DNA from: Myxococcota bacterium
GTDB lineage: Bacteria > Myxococcota_A > UBA9160 > UBA6930
Length of the DNA stretch: 64,000 bases
Direction: 5' to 3'
NCBI GenBank assembly: GCA_965223705.1
Contig: OZ245015.1
Span: forward strand, 608,001-672,000
Within the stretch, counting starts at the first letter, position 1. Each line of letters opens with the position of its first letter. The notes under the pieces are model-generated. The model ran no database searches. It was not told where the DNA came from and saw nothing but the letters and a program-made list of their open reading frames with translations. This document shows, one piece after another, positions 8,126 through 17,920 of the stretch. The position numbers and the translations under genes were made by a program.

Positions 8126-9133
8126 ATGACGCAAGCCAGCCGCCCGCTCGAATCAAACGTCCATGTCCGGCGCACCGACGACCTCGCGATGTTCATCGCG
8201 ATCGACTCGCTCCGCCTCGGACCGGCGCTCGGCGGCTGCCGCTGGCTCCCCTATCCGTCGGAAGAGGCGGCGCGGGAAGAAGCGAAAGCGCTCGCCGCCG
8301 CGATGACACGCAAGGCGGCCCTCGCCGACTTACCTCTAGGGGGCGGAAAGGCCGTCGTGATCGGCAATCCCGCCGAGCGCACGACCGCGCAGTTGCACGC
8401 CTTCGGGGATTTCGTCGAGTCCCTCGGCGGGGCCTACATCACGGCCGAGGATATGGGCACCACGCCGTCCGCCATGTCGCTGATCGCGCAACGGACGTCC
8501 CATGTGATCGGCCTCCCGCCGGAGGAAGGCGGGTGTGGAGATCCGTCTCCCCACACCGCGATCGGGGTGTTCCTCGCGATGAAGGCCGCGCTCGCGCACG
8601 TGGGCCGGGAGATCGAGGGTGCGCGCATCTCGGTCCAGGGAGTCGGAGCCGTGGGGAGCGCGCTGGTCCGCGAGCTTGTCGAAGCCGGCGCCATCGTAAG
8701 CGCCGCCGACCCCGAGCCCTCGCGTCTGGCAGGGCTTCCCGAGGCGGTCAATCGCGTCGCGCCGGAACGCGTCCTCGACGAACCGTGCGACGTCTTCGCA
8801 CCGTGCGGCCCTCCTGGTGTTCTCCGCCTCGATAATCTCGACCGTCTCGATACGCGGGTCGTTTGCGGCGCCGCCAACAACCCGCTCTCCGAGGGGGCGG
8901 TCGCGGCCGAGCTGGATCGTCGCGGCGTGTTCTACGTCCCCGACTTCCTCGCGAATGCCGGCGGACTGATTCATCTACAAGTCGCGCGCGAAGGGGGCGA
9001 CGCAGCAGCGACTCGGGAGAGGCTCGAGACGATTCCGCGCAATCTCCGCGAGGTGATCCGGAAGGCGAGCCAGAAGGGCCTCGATCTTCTCGCGGCGGCC
9101 AACGAGGTGATCGAGGATCGGCTCACCCGCTAG
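8126..9133 (+). CDS. Glu/Leu/Phe/Val dehydrogenase (leucine dehydrogenase-like)
   Basis: GPALGGCR, MTRKAAL..LGGGKAV, YITAEDMGT, QGVGAVG, GAANN, PDFLANAGG. Confidence 0.92.
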   Translation: MTQASRPLESNVHVRRTDDLAMFIAIDSLRLGPALGGCRWLPYPSEEAAREEAKALAAAMTRKAALADLPLGGGKAVVIGNPAERTTAQLHAFGDFVESLGGAYITAEDMGTTPSAMSLIAQRTSHVIGLPPEEGGCGDPSPHTAIGVFLAMKAALAHVGREIEGARISVQGVGAVGSALVRELVEAGAIVSAADPEPSRLAGLPEAVNRVAPERVLDEPCDVFAPCGPPGVLRLDNLDRLDTRVVCGAANNPLSEGAVAAELDRRGVFYVPDFLANAGGLIHLQVAREGGDAAATRERLETIPRNLREVIRKASQKGLDLLAAANEVIEDRLTR

Positions 9134-9614
9134 TGGGCTTCTCCCTTTGCCAACGAGCGAGCTTGCTGCGGGCCTTGTTTTGCTCCGGATCGAGGAGGGC
9201 GTCGTGACGCTCTGCCTTGTCGAAGAGCTCGATGACGTAGCCGTTCGGATCGCGGAAGTAGATCGAGTGCCCGATCTTGTGATCGACGGGCCCGCGCACC
9301 TCGCGACCTTCTGCACGCGCCTTTTCGACCATGGCCTCGGAATTCTCCCGAGACGTTTCGAGGGCGATGTGGAGATCGAAATCGTGCTGCTCTTTGAACT
9401 CGAACGGCGTACCGGGCACTTCGAAGAAGGCGAGGAACGAGCCGTCCTCCATGCGATAGAAGGTGTGGAGGATCGAGACCTTCCTTCCGGTCTTCGTCTT
9501 GTTGATGGCGAGGGCTTCGGCGAGCGGCAGCCCCAGAAAATCTTCGTAGAAGGCACGCGTCTCTTCCGAGTCGCGACACCGATAAGCGTTATGATGCAGA
9601 CCGCGGATCTTCAT
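9123..9614 (-). CDS. VOC/glyoxalase family protein
   Basis: GLHHNAY..FYEDFLGL, HIAL, SIYFRDPNGYVIE; GGAGG RBS. Confidence 0.9.
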   Translation of the reverse strand: MKIRGLHHNAYRCRDSEETRAFYEDFLGLPLAEALAINKTKTGRKVSILHTFYRMEDGSFLAFFEVPGTPFEFKEQHDFDLHIALETSRENSEAMVEKARAEGREVRGPVDHKIGHSIYFRDPNGYVIELFDKAERHDALLDPEQNKARSKLARWQREKPTSG

Positions 9615-9699
9615 CGGGTGACCTCCACGGGAAGTCTAGCACCGCGGTTACGCTAGCCTCGAGAGGTCACCGCGCGCGTTTGTCGTTGGAGGCAAGAAG

Positions 9700-11289
9700 A
9701 TGGCCCGAGAGACGAGGGTCGATGTCGTGATCCCCGTCGTCGGCGCGGCGGCGCAGACGCGACGCTGTGTCGAGGCACTGTACGCGCATGTATCCCACCG
9801 ACTCGGCACGGTCCTCGTGTGGGACAACGCGTCGGATGCCGAGGCCCGCGAAACGCTCGGGGCTCTCGACTACCCCGGACTTGAGATCCGCCATGCCGAC
9901 GAGAACTCGGGCTTCGGCGGCGGGTCGAATCGTGCGGTAGCAGCGGTGCAGTCCGAAGCGGTCCTGGTGATGGGTTCGGACGAAGAGGTGGATTCCGATT
10001 TCTTGTCTCCGCTCTGCGAAGCACTCGACAGCGATCCCCAACTCGCACTCGTAGCGCCCGTCGACCGCAGCGCGTCGGCGACGGTCCGCCGATATTTCGA
10101 CAGCCCCGTCATTCCGACGTTCACGTTCGGGGGGGCCGCGTTTCTCGTACGCAGGCAGGTCTTTATCGACTCGGGAGGTTTCGACCCCGAGTTCCGTCTC
10201 GGCTACGCGTGCGAAGACTTGTCGCGGCGGTTTGTTCGCGACGGTTGGAAGATGGGCGTCGTGCCCGCTGCAACACTCGGACGCGTTACGGGCGCGCGCG
10301 CGAGCGACCGCACGCTTTACGACCGCCGCTATCCCGCCGCCGCGAGCAACGTTCTCCTCGTCTCGGGCCCGGTGGTTCGAGCCGCCGGTCCCGTGCGCGA
10401 CGCCGCGGTCGACCTGCTCTCGGGCGGCGGAACCTTGCAGTGGCTGGGAGATGACCCGGTCGAAGGCCTCCCCGCTTTCGAAGTGGCTTTCCGACCGTAC
10501 TCGTTCGTCGGGGCGTCGAGAGCGCTGCTTCGCGGGAGCGCCTCTCGTCCCGTCACCGAGCTTTGGCTCGCAGGACGCTCCGAGGTAGTGAGGGCCGCTC
10601 TTCGTTCGTGTGCGCGGCGGGCTTCGATTCCTACGCGGGAGTTCGATCTGCGTCGGCAATCGCATCGCGTCGAATCCGGCCGTTCGTTCAATCTCTACCG
10701 TCCCGTCAGAAAAGCGGTGAACGCCGGCCGCGATTGGGTGATCTCACGCTTCGCGCCGCAGCGGGTTCAGCGGAGCGTTCCGCTTCTTCCCGAAGATCGT
10801 CAGCACAAACGGCGCCGTTGGCACGTGCTGACCGACTTGATTCACGAAGAATTGGGCGACGGCCTGGTCGTTGTGGAACTCGGTGCGCTGAACGGCGTCA
10901 CGGGCCAGCACATCCTTCGCTACTGCCCGTCGATTGCGCGCCTCTACTCTATCGATCTCGAGCCTTTGCGCGGAAAACAGGGCGAGCCGTCATCCGATGA
11001 ACGTTTTCGCTTTATCCAAAGCGACTCGGCAAAGGCCGCAGGGCCCTTCGCCGACCACTCCGTCGACCTCGTGTTCATCGATGCGGACCACTCCGAAGAG
11101 GGAACGCGCCGAGATCTCGCAGCTTGGCTTCCGAAAGTCCGAGAGCACGGAATCGTCTGCGGGCATGACTACGGGTCCCACGCGTATCCGGGCGTCAAGA
11201 CGGCCGTCGACGAGGCCTTTGCGGCACGACCCGAACAGGTTCATCTCGACGCCAACAAAGTGTGGTGGGTTCGGAAAAGCGAGCCCTGA
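9700..11289 (+). CDS. Glycosyltransferase family 2 domain fused to a class I SAM methyltransferase domain
   Basis: N-term VVIPV..DNAS..NSGFGGGSN, GGFDPEF..EDL; C-term VELGALNG, DLVFIDADH, GIVCGHDY..GVKTAVDE. Confidence 0.8.
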   Translation: MARETRVDVVIPVVGAAAQTRRCVEALYAHVSHRLGTVLVWDNASDAEARETLGALDYPGLEIRHADENSGFGGGSNRAVAAVQSEAVLVMGSDEEVDSDFLSPLCEALDSDPQLALVAPVDRSASATVRRYFDSPVIPTFTFGGAAFLVRRQVFIDSGGFDPEFRLGYACEDLSRRFVRDGWKMGVVPAATLGRVTGARASDRTLYDRRYPAAASNVLLVSGPVVRAAGPVRDAAVDLLSGGGTLQWLGDDPVEGLPAFEVAFRPYSFVGASRALLRGSASRPVTELWLAGRSEVVRAALRSCARRASIPTREFDLRRQSHRVESGRSFNLYRPVRKAVNAGRDWVISRFAPQRVQRSVPLLPEDRQHKRRRWHVLTDLIHEELGDGLVVVELGALNGVTGQHILRYCPSIARLYSIDLEPLRGKQGEPSSDERFRFIQSDSAKAAGPFADHSVDLVFIDADHSEEGTRRDLAAWLPKVREHGIVCGHDYGSHAYPGVKTAVDEAFAARPEQVHLDANKVWWVRKSEP

Positions 11290-11460
11290 GAAGCGGTTCG
11301 ATTTGCGCTCTCCACGCAGCCTCGCGACATGTCGCTGAGCGCCGGTTGCCGGCTCGTTGCCGCGTCGAGTGGCCTCCGTGCGGCGCACGAGCTCAGACAG
11401 GATCGGCCGTAGGCAAGTCTTCGTCACCTGACGATCGCGACTTGGCTCTCACTGGGTCAC

Positions 11461-12078
11461 ATGACTCACGCGCTCGCCATCGCTTTGGGACTCGCGGCGT
11501 TGCTGGTCTCCGCCTCAAGCGCGGCGTGCACCTTCGCGATTCAACCCGAGAAGTCCCGGCTCAAGTTCCACGTCCGGCATGGCGGTTACGCGAAACCCGT
11601 TCGGGGGACGTTCGACGCCTTCGCGGGCACGATCGAATACGACGCCTCCAAGCAGGTCGAAGCGGTCCGGATCGACGTGACGATCGACGCCAACAGCGTG
11701 GATACCGACAATCGCTACCGGGACGATCACCTGCGCGAAGCCTTCTTGGAGATCGATCGCTTCCCGGAAATCCGGTTTCGTGCGGTTCGGATGGACCCCG
11801 CGGAGCAAATTCTCCACGGTGAGCTGACGATGAAGGGGATCACCCGCACCGTCCCCCTCAAGTTAATGGCTGTGCGGCTGTTTACCGATCAGGAAGGCGT
11901 AGCCATGCTCCGCTGTCGGGCTGTCGGCAAGGTCAACCGCCGCGAGTTCGGTGTTGTGGAAGATGCATCCCGCAGCGAGGGCCTCAGAAAGCTGGTGGCC
12001 CGAATCCAGGAAGGCCTGGACGAGTTCATCGAGGACGACGTCGACATCGTGATCTCTGTAGTCGCCAGAGCCAGATAG
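11461..12078 (+). CDS. YceI family periplasmic lipid/polyisoprenoid-binding protein
   Basis: Signal peptide; VRGTF, SVDTDN..RDDHLR..FPEIRF, GELTMKGIT, VNRREFG. Confidence 0.9.
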   Translation: MTHALAIALGLAALLVSASSAACTFAIQPEKSRLKFHVRHGGYAKPVRGTFDAFAGTIEYDASKQVEAVRIDVTIDANSVDTDNRYRDDHLREAFLEIDRFPEIRFRAVRMDPAEQILHGELTMKGITRTVPLKLMAVRLFTDQEGVAMLRCRAVGKVNRREFGVVEDASRSEGLRKLVARIQEGLDEFIEDDVDIVISVVARAR

Positions 12079-13844
12079 TGCGACGGGCCAAGGGTCCGCA
12101 GTGGGCGCTCCTCGTTTCGTGGGTTCCCCTCCTGATCGTTGCGGCGATCTCATCGGCCGGCACCTCGGAGGAGATCGACCCCGATCTCGCCCACGCCACG
12201 CTCATGGCGGAGAAACGGTTTCCTTCGGCTCGCGAGTGCAGCAACTGCCACCCGAATCAGTACGAGCAGTGGTCGATCTCGCAGCACGCCTACGCGCAGC
12301 TCAGCCCGGTGTTCAACGCGATGCACGGGACCTTGGTCAAGCAGACCAACGGCACGCTCGGGGACTTCTGCATTCGGTGCCATACACCGGTGGGGATGCA
12401 GTTGGGAGAGCCGGTCTTTACTTCCAACCTGAACCGGAGTCCGGTGTCGCGCGAAGGCGTGACCTGCACGGTCTGCCACCGCATCCAACGCGACTACGGA
12501 AAGGTCAGCGGCCGGATCGGCCTCCACGAGGGTGGATTGGAAGAGCCGGTGAGCGGACCGACCGGAAATGAAGAGTTGAAGCGTGTCCTCGGGGATCCGG
12601 ACCGCTACGTCCGGCGGAGCTCCGGTGAGGGACAACTCGGCGTCCACGGCGATGTCATCCAGTTTGCGCCGATCGAGACGTCGGCCTTTTGCGGAACCTG
12701 CCACGACGTCACCTCGCCCAGCGGGCTTCGTCTGGAGGAGGCCTTTAGCGAGTTCCGCCATTCACCGTCCGCCGACCAGGAGACGGGTTGTCGGGATTGC
12801 CACATGAGCCAAGAGCCCGGTCTACCGTCGGGCTTCAAGATCGGTCCGGCAGCCGTGGTGGGCGGCCGACCCACGCGCGACCGACCGCTTCGAGACCATC
12901 GCTTCGTCGGTCCGGATCACTCGGTGGTCCACCCCGGAATCTTCCCCTTCAGCCCCGGCGCCGAGGACCTCGCCAGCATGGCGGAGTGGCTGACCTTCGA
13001 TTGGAAGGCCGGTTGGGGCACCGATGCCTACGAGGACCAGGCGGCGCTCGATGCGGTGTATCCCGAGCGTTGGAAGGACGTCGGCGACCGCTACGACGCC
13101 AGGGAAATCGTCGACGAGAACCTCGAGCGGTTGGAAGTCATGGCCGAGGCTCGACGCGAACTCCTGAAGAGGGGCTATCTGCTCCGTGACGTTCGCGGGG
13201 AGCGCGGTCCCGAAGGCGTCGACGTTCATGTTCGCGTCGAGAACGGAACCTCGGGACACAACGTTCCGACGGGCTTTACCGCCGAACGGCTGGTTTGGCT
13301 CCACACCATCGTCCGGGACGCCCGGGGAGACGTCATCTTCGAATCGGGTGATCTCGATCCGAACGGAGACCTCCGCGACGGTCATTCTCGTTACGTCCGC
13401 GCAGGCGAGGTGCCGCACGACGATTCGCTCTTCACGCTGCAGTCGCGCTTCGTCTTGCGAAACCTCCGGGAGGGTGAGCGGGAGGAGGTTCTCGCGGTGA
13501 ATCACGCCACCGATCCACTTCCCTTCGTCCGGCCCGACCCGAATCCGAACTTCATCAACGGCGGGCCGGCGGGAATTCGGTTGCACAAGAAGGGGATCGA
13601 GCCGGGAGGCTTCCGCGACCACCGCTACCGAATTCCCAAGGAACGGTTCGAAGGGAAACCCGCTCCGTACGCCGTCACGGTGCACCTGAAGGCAGGCATG
13701 GTGCCCGTCCATCTGATCGGCGAGATCATGGGGGTGGGTTTCGATTACAACATGAGCGCCGCCGAGGTCGCTCGGGGGGTCGTCGACGGTCATCAAGTGC
13801 TCTGGACCCGAGGCTTCCTGATCGAAGGTGCGACGCACCCGTGA
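12078..13844 (+). CDS. Exported multiheme c-type cytochrome (5 CxxCH)
   Basis: Signal peptide; CSNCH, CIRCH, CTVCH, CGTCH, CRDCH; GHNVPTG in the C-terminal domain. Confidence 0.9.
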   Translation: MRRAKGPQWALLVSWVPLLIVAAISSAGTSEEIDPDLAHATLMAEKRFPSARECSNCHPNQYEQWSISQHAYAQLSPVFNAMHGTLVKQTNGTLGDFCIRCHTPVGMQLGEPVFTSNLNRSPVSREGVTCTVCHRIQRDYGKVSGRIGLHEGGLEEPVSGPTGNEELKRVLGDPDRYVRRSSGEGQLGVHGDVIQFAPIETSAFCGTCHDVTSPSGLRLEEAFSEFRHSPSADQETGCRDCHMSQEPGLPSGFKIGPAAVVGGRPTRDRPLRDHRFVGPDHSVVHPGIFPFSPGAEDLASMAEWLTFDWKAGWGTDAYEDQAALDAVYPERWKDVGDRYDAREIVDENLERLEVMAEARRELLKRGYLLRDVRGERGPEGVDVHVRVENGTSGHNVPTGFTAERLVWLHTIVRDARGDVIFESGDLDPNGDLRDGHSRYVRAGEVPHDDSLFTLQSRFVLRNLREGEREEVLAVNHATDPLPFVRPDPNPNFINGGPAGIRLHKKGIEPGGFRDHRYRIPKERFEGKPAPYAVTVHLKAGMVPVHLIGEIMGVGFDYNMSAAEVARGVVDGHQVLWTRGFLIEGATHP

Positions 13845-15202
13845 TGAAACGCTTCTGGCTGCTGTGCGCCGTGATCGGGCTCTTTGCGGTTCCGAACGAA
13901 CCGGGATACGCCGCTTCTCCCGCACTCCCCGATCGCCCTACGCCCCTAGAAGAACTGCCCGAGCAACCTCACCCGCTGCTCTCTCTCGGCTCCGAATATC
14001 TCGCGTCCGGAAAGCTCGACAAGGGGTTCGAGCTGCCGACGGGCGCCGTTTGGCAGCCGCAGCTCTTGGTCTGGGGATCTCTCCGAACCGCACTGCAGGG
14101 AGAGTGGGGAGACGGCAGGGACCAGGCGCAGTGGGCGAATCGCGCCGATCTCTTTGCCCAACTCTCCCTGACCCCGACCGAGCGCCTGGTGATCAGCCTC
14201 CAGCCGCTGCACGAAGGCGGCGAGTCGTCCGGCTATCGGTTCGGGCTCGACGGCGATCGCGCGGAGTTCGACGGCGAATTCGATTCCTTTATCGAGACGC
14301 TGTATTTCGAGGGGGATTTCGGGGAGCTCTTCCCCGCTCTCGACCGCAACGAAGCCTGGCCGAGGGATCTGGGGTTCGTGTTTGGCCGCGCGCCGGTTAA
14401 TTTTCAAGACGGCTTCCTGATCGACGACAACATGACGGCCATCGGTTTGGTGCAGAACTCTCTTTCGTGGCCGGGAACCTCGAACGCCCGCGTGTCGTTC
14501 TTGGCCGCTTGGGACGATGTGCACCGCGGAGGCAACAATCGGCGGGGGGGCCACACCCAGCTGACGGGTGCCTTTCTGGAAGTCGATCGCGGAGAGACGA
14601 CCTGGGCATTCGATTCCGTCTACGTAAGCGGCGACGGGCCTGGGGACGGCGTCTTCGCGGGAGTGAGTGCGATTCGCAGGATCCGCGACCGCTGGAACGT
14701 CACCACCCGGTTCTTGGGCTCGTATGCACTGGACGAGGAAGTGGACGAGCTGAGCGACGGGTTGCTCGGCGTCGTGAGCCTCAGCTTCTCGCCCTACCGC
14801 ACGCACGATGTGGCGTACGTGAACCTGTTCGCGGCCTCCGGCCGTTACACCGCCGCGTCCCGAGGACCCACTCGGGGAGGGCCGCTCGGGCGCATCGGAC
14901 TCCTCTTCGAAGCTCCGGGGTTCGGTAGCTTGAGCGCACCGCTCGCCAACGACGCCGACCACCCGATCGGCGGCGCCATCGGATACCACAAGTTCTGGTC
15001 ACAGGGCCGCAGCCAGCTGATCGTGGAGCTGGGCGGACGGATTCAACCCCGCGGCGACGGGACCGACGCCTGGGGAGTCACGGCGCGCTTGCAGCAAGCC
15101 CTCGGGCGGCGCGTGGTGTTGCGCTTCGATCTGTACGGTGTCAGCCAGCGCGAACGCGGAGAGTTCGTCGGCGCCCGCTCGGAGATCCTGATCAAATTCT
15201 AA
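13841..15202 (+). CDS. Putative outer-membrane beta-barrel protein
   Basis: Signal peptide, many alternating amphipathic strands, terminal Phe (..SEILIKF); overlaps the cytochrome stop. Confidence 0.7.
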   Translation: MMKRFWLLCAVIGLFAVPNEPGYAASPALPDRPTPLEELPEQPHPLLSLGSEYLASGKLDKGFELPTGAVWQPQLLVWGSLRTALQGEWGDGRDQAQWANRADLFAQLSLTPTERLVISLQPLHEGGESSGYRFGLDGDRAEFDGEFDSFIETLYFEGDFGELFPALDRNEAWPRDLGFVFGRAPVNFQDGFLIDDNMTAIGLVQNSLSWPGTSNARVSFLAAWDDVHRGGNNRRGGHTQLTGAFLEVDRGETTWAFDSVYVSGDGPGDGVFAGVSAIRRIRDRWNVTTRFLGSYALDEEVDELSDGLLGVVSLSFSPYRTHDVAYVNLFAASGRYTAASRGPTRGGPLGRIGLLFEAPGFGSLSAPLANDADHPIGGAIGYHKFWSQGRSQLIVELGGRIQPRGDGTDAWGVTARLQQALGRRVVLRFDLYGVSQRERGEFVGARSEILIKF

Positions 15203-15219
15203 GCGAGTTGGTCGGCAGC

Positions 15220-15837
15220 CTATTCGTTGTCGTAGCTCAGGTCGTGCGCGACGGCCTCGACGGTATCTTGCGCCGGATCGAAATAATTGAGCGTCTCTCG
15301 GATGATGTCGCCGCCGTAGACGTGCACGCTCACCGTCGGCGTGTCGGTGGGGTTGATGAAGTCGTGCACGCACTCATTCGGGTACAGCACGTGCGCGGTC
15401 TCACCCGGAAGCAGATCGAGCGCCGCGGTTTCCCGTAGCTTCGCGTATCCCGGCTGCGCGCCGTCATCCTCACGCACATAGCGGATCGTGTGCAGCTTGT
15501 TGCGGTAAACGCCTTCGACGACCCAGTTCCCCGCGTGATCGTGAACGCCGCTCCCACCGCGGGCGGGCCAGATCGCGGCCATGATGTTGAAGCAGTCGCC
15601 GGCACCCCGATAAAGGCGATACAACGTGAAGTCCTGATGTTCACTGGCCGTGCGTCCCTCGACCGGTCGGCAGTATTCCTCGGGCAGGCCCCCGGCAGAG
15701 AGAAAGCGACCCAGCAGGGGCTCGATCTGCGATACCAGTTTTTCCTGTTCGGACTCAGCCGTGACGACGGCTTCTACGTCGGCCGCGAAAGCCTCGAGCG
15801 GATAGTTGTCGGTTACGGCAGAAGGTGCGCTGGCCAT
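15220..15837 (-). CDS. Cysteine dioxygenase-type cupin (thiol dioxygenase family)
   Basis: W-x6-GVHDH-x2-W, a distal His (VHDFIN) and SVHVYGG motif. Confidence 0.82.
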   Translation of the reverse strand: MASAPSAVTDNYPLEAFAADVEAVVTAESEQEKLVSQIEPLLGRFLSAGGLPEEYCRPVEGRTASEHQDFTLYRLYRGAGDCFNIMAAIWPARGGSGVHDHAGNWVVEGVYRNKLHTIRYVREDDGAQPGYAKLRETAALDLLPGETAHVLYPNECVHDFINPTDTPTVSVHVYGGDIIRETLNYFDPAQDTVEAVAHDLSYDNE

Positions 15838-15906
15838 TTCTCAGCTCCCGGGGTTGTTCCTTATTGTAAGGAACACATCCACGAGTTCGGAGTCAACTCA
15901 GCAGCG

Positions 15907-16881
15907 CTATTTCTCAATAGTTTCCGAGAGATCACTTCCCCGGACGAGCCCCAGGTCTCCGATCATGCACTTCACGGAACCGCCGCCCTTTTTGAGAAAC
16001 TCGCTCACGTCGACGGTGACGGGGTTGACGTCGCGTTCGCGGATCTGGCCGAGCAGGCGGTCGGAGACGCCTTTCGGCATCACCAGGACCGGGTCGCCGC
16101 CGTCGGCGAAGGTGAAGGAGTTGGCGGCGTAGTGGGCGGCGTCGGCGTCTTCGATCTCGATCAGTTGTTCGCCGAAGAGATCGCGCAACAGGGAGAAGCC
16201 GGTCGCCGTTAGGCCGCGGCGGAATGCCAAGAGGTACTTCCGTCCGGGGCCGAACGCGCAGAGTGCCGTATCCCCGTGGTAGTGGGCTTCGAGGATGAGT
16301 TCGAGGCGATGGATCTCGCGGCCCGATGCGATATCGGCGAGGAGGGGCTCGACGCGCGCGTCGGTTCGGAACCCGTAGACACGGGTCCAGGGCGGGAAGC
16401 CCCAACGCGGAACGAAGCGTTGTTTCTCGAGCCGTCCGCAGGTCAACAGGAAATGGTCGCCCGCCGGGAAGAAATCCGCTTCGCCTTCGAAGCGAAGCGA
16501 TTCATCGATTTCGTCGAGCGGAACGCCCATCGGCTCGAGAAGCTTTCGGTAGTGCGCTTTCTCACCCGCACGGGACGGGAGCAGGTTTGAGAGCGTGAAT
16601 ACTTTCTCGTCGAGGGGCATCTCCAAATCGACGTCGCTCATCACGCCGGCGTTGGCGGGGTAGACCAAACCGGGGTGTGCGGGATCGGGTGGGACGACAA
16701 CGACCCGGATCCCCAGGTCGCGCAGGAGATCGCGGAGCCCGTGCCATTGTTCGATCGCGAGCTCTCGATTCACGCTGCGACGCAAACCGAAGCGATTGCG
16801 CGTATGGGGATTGGCACCGCCCTGTACGCTGAAGTGCGTCGGGTCTCCCATCAGAACGGTGCGTTTGTACGGGTCGGTCAT
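15907..16881 (-). CDS. Amidinotransferase/pentein superfamily guanidino-modifying enzyme (ArgZ/AgrE N-domain-like dihydrolase)
   Basis: NPH..AIEQW, VYPANAG, FEGEAD, YHGDTA, YAANS, EFLKKGGGSVKC (catalytic Cys). Confidence 0.85.
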   Translation of the reverse strand: MTDPYKRTVLMGDPTHFSVQGGANPHTRNRFGLRRSVNRELAIEQWHGLRDLLRDLGIRVVVVPPDPAHPGLVYPANAGVMSDVDLEMPLDEKVFTLSNLLPSRAGEKAHYRKLLEPMGVPLDEIDESLRFEGEADFFPAGDHFLLTCGRLEKQRFVPRWGFPPWTRVYGFRTDARVEPLLADIASGREIHRLELILEAHYHGDTALCAFGPGRKYLLAFRRGLTATGFSLLRDLFGEQLIEIEDADAAHYAANSFTFADGGDPVLVMPKGVSDRLLGQIRERDVNPVTVDVSEFLKKGGGSVKCMIGDLGLVRGSDLSETIEK

Positions 16882-16894
16882 GCTGCGTCGAGTC

Positions 16895-17920
16895 CTAAGG
16901 GAGGGGGGTCACGCTGACGCGGTCGCCGCCGCATACGCCGAGCGCGGCGCGGCATTCCGCGGAGACCCAGGGTGCGCGGTCGTCGTCGAGGGGCACGACC
17001 GTGGCGCGAAACCCGTCGCGACCTTCGACAGAAAGCAAAGCCAACGGGGCAGCTTCGTCGGCACGACCTTCTCGCGTCGTTCCCGGAAGCACGAGCTCCC
17101 GTCGTTCCCGCACCGAGACGATCGCGTCGCGTGCCGCTCCGTAATAGGGGCCGCCGTCAAACGGGTCGACTTGATTCAGGGGGTGGAAGCCCACTTTCTC
17201 GAGGATCCGGACGGCGGGGCGCGAAGAATCGTTCGGCACGCCGATCATGTCCTGGACGTCCTGGGGAAAGAGGGTGACGTAGACGGGATCCACCGGAAAG
17301 AGATCCGCGATGAACTGCTTCGTCTGCGCGGAGAGGTGATCGGCTTCGCGATACGGAAGACCGGTAAACCTCGCGCCAAAAGCTTCCCATAGACGGTTCT
17401 CACCGGGCGCCGCAAAGCACGAGAGCATTTCCGCGATGACCTGTTGCTCGAAGCGATCGGGATACGCGGAGATGTACGCGAAGCGAACCACCGAAAGCGC
17501 TTTGCCGCATTTCTCCGGGTGGCCTCGGTACGCCGGATCGAGAATCAGACCGCCGACTTCGGTGGGGCCGTTCTCCGACGAGCGCAACCGCAACTTCGTG
17601 TGTACGAAGCGCCGTTCGAGCTCTGGGCTGCGGCGCTCCTCTTCCGAGACTTCGAGCCAGAAGTAGGGGAGTCCCGGTCGGCCCTGCTTCGCGATGATGA
17701 GCGAAGTGCCGACGCAGCGCTTCTGCTCGAGGTCTTCGAGCACGAACGTGAATACCGCGTCGCGTGGATCCTTGAGGGAGCCGGCGAACGATCGGCTGGA
17801 AAGCTCGATGCGCTTTTCGAGAAAGTCTTCGTCCCGGGGCAAATTGACCGAATCGAGTCCGCCCGCAAGATCGAGAAGATCCGGAAGATCCTCCTGCGCG
17901 ACCGGCCGAAGGATCAGCAC
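16895..17920 (-). CDS. astA: Arginine N-succinyltransferase
   Basis: LILRPV..DL, NLP, FVLED, TEVGGLILDPAYR, VIAEM, EADHLS..KQFIADLFP, VDPFDGGP. Confidence 0.9.
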   Translation of the reverse strand: MLILRPVAQEDLPDLLDLAGGLDSVNLPRDEDFLEKRIELSSRSFAGSLKDPRDAVFTFVLEDLEQKRCVGTSLIIAKQGRPGLPYFWLEVSEEERRSPELERRFVHTKLRLRSSENGPTEVGGLILDPAYRGHPEKCGKALSVVRFAYISAYPDRFEQQVIAEMLSCFAAPGENRLWEAFGARFTGLPYREADHLSAQTKQFIADLFPVDPVYVTLFPQDVQDMIGVPNDSSRPAVRILEKVGFHPLNQVDPFDGGPYYGAARDAIVSVRERRELVLPGTTREGRADEAAPLALLSVEGRDGFRATVVPLDDDRAPWVSAECRAALGVCGGDRVSVTPLP

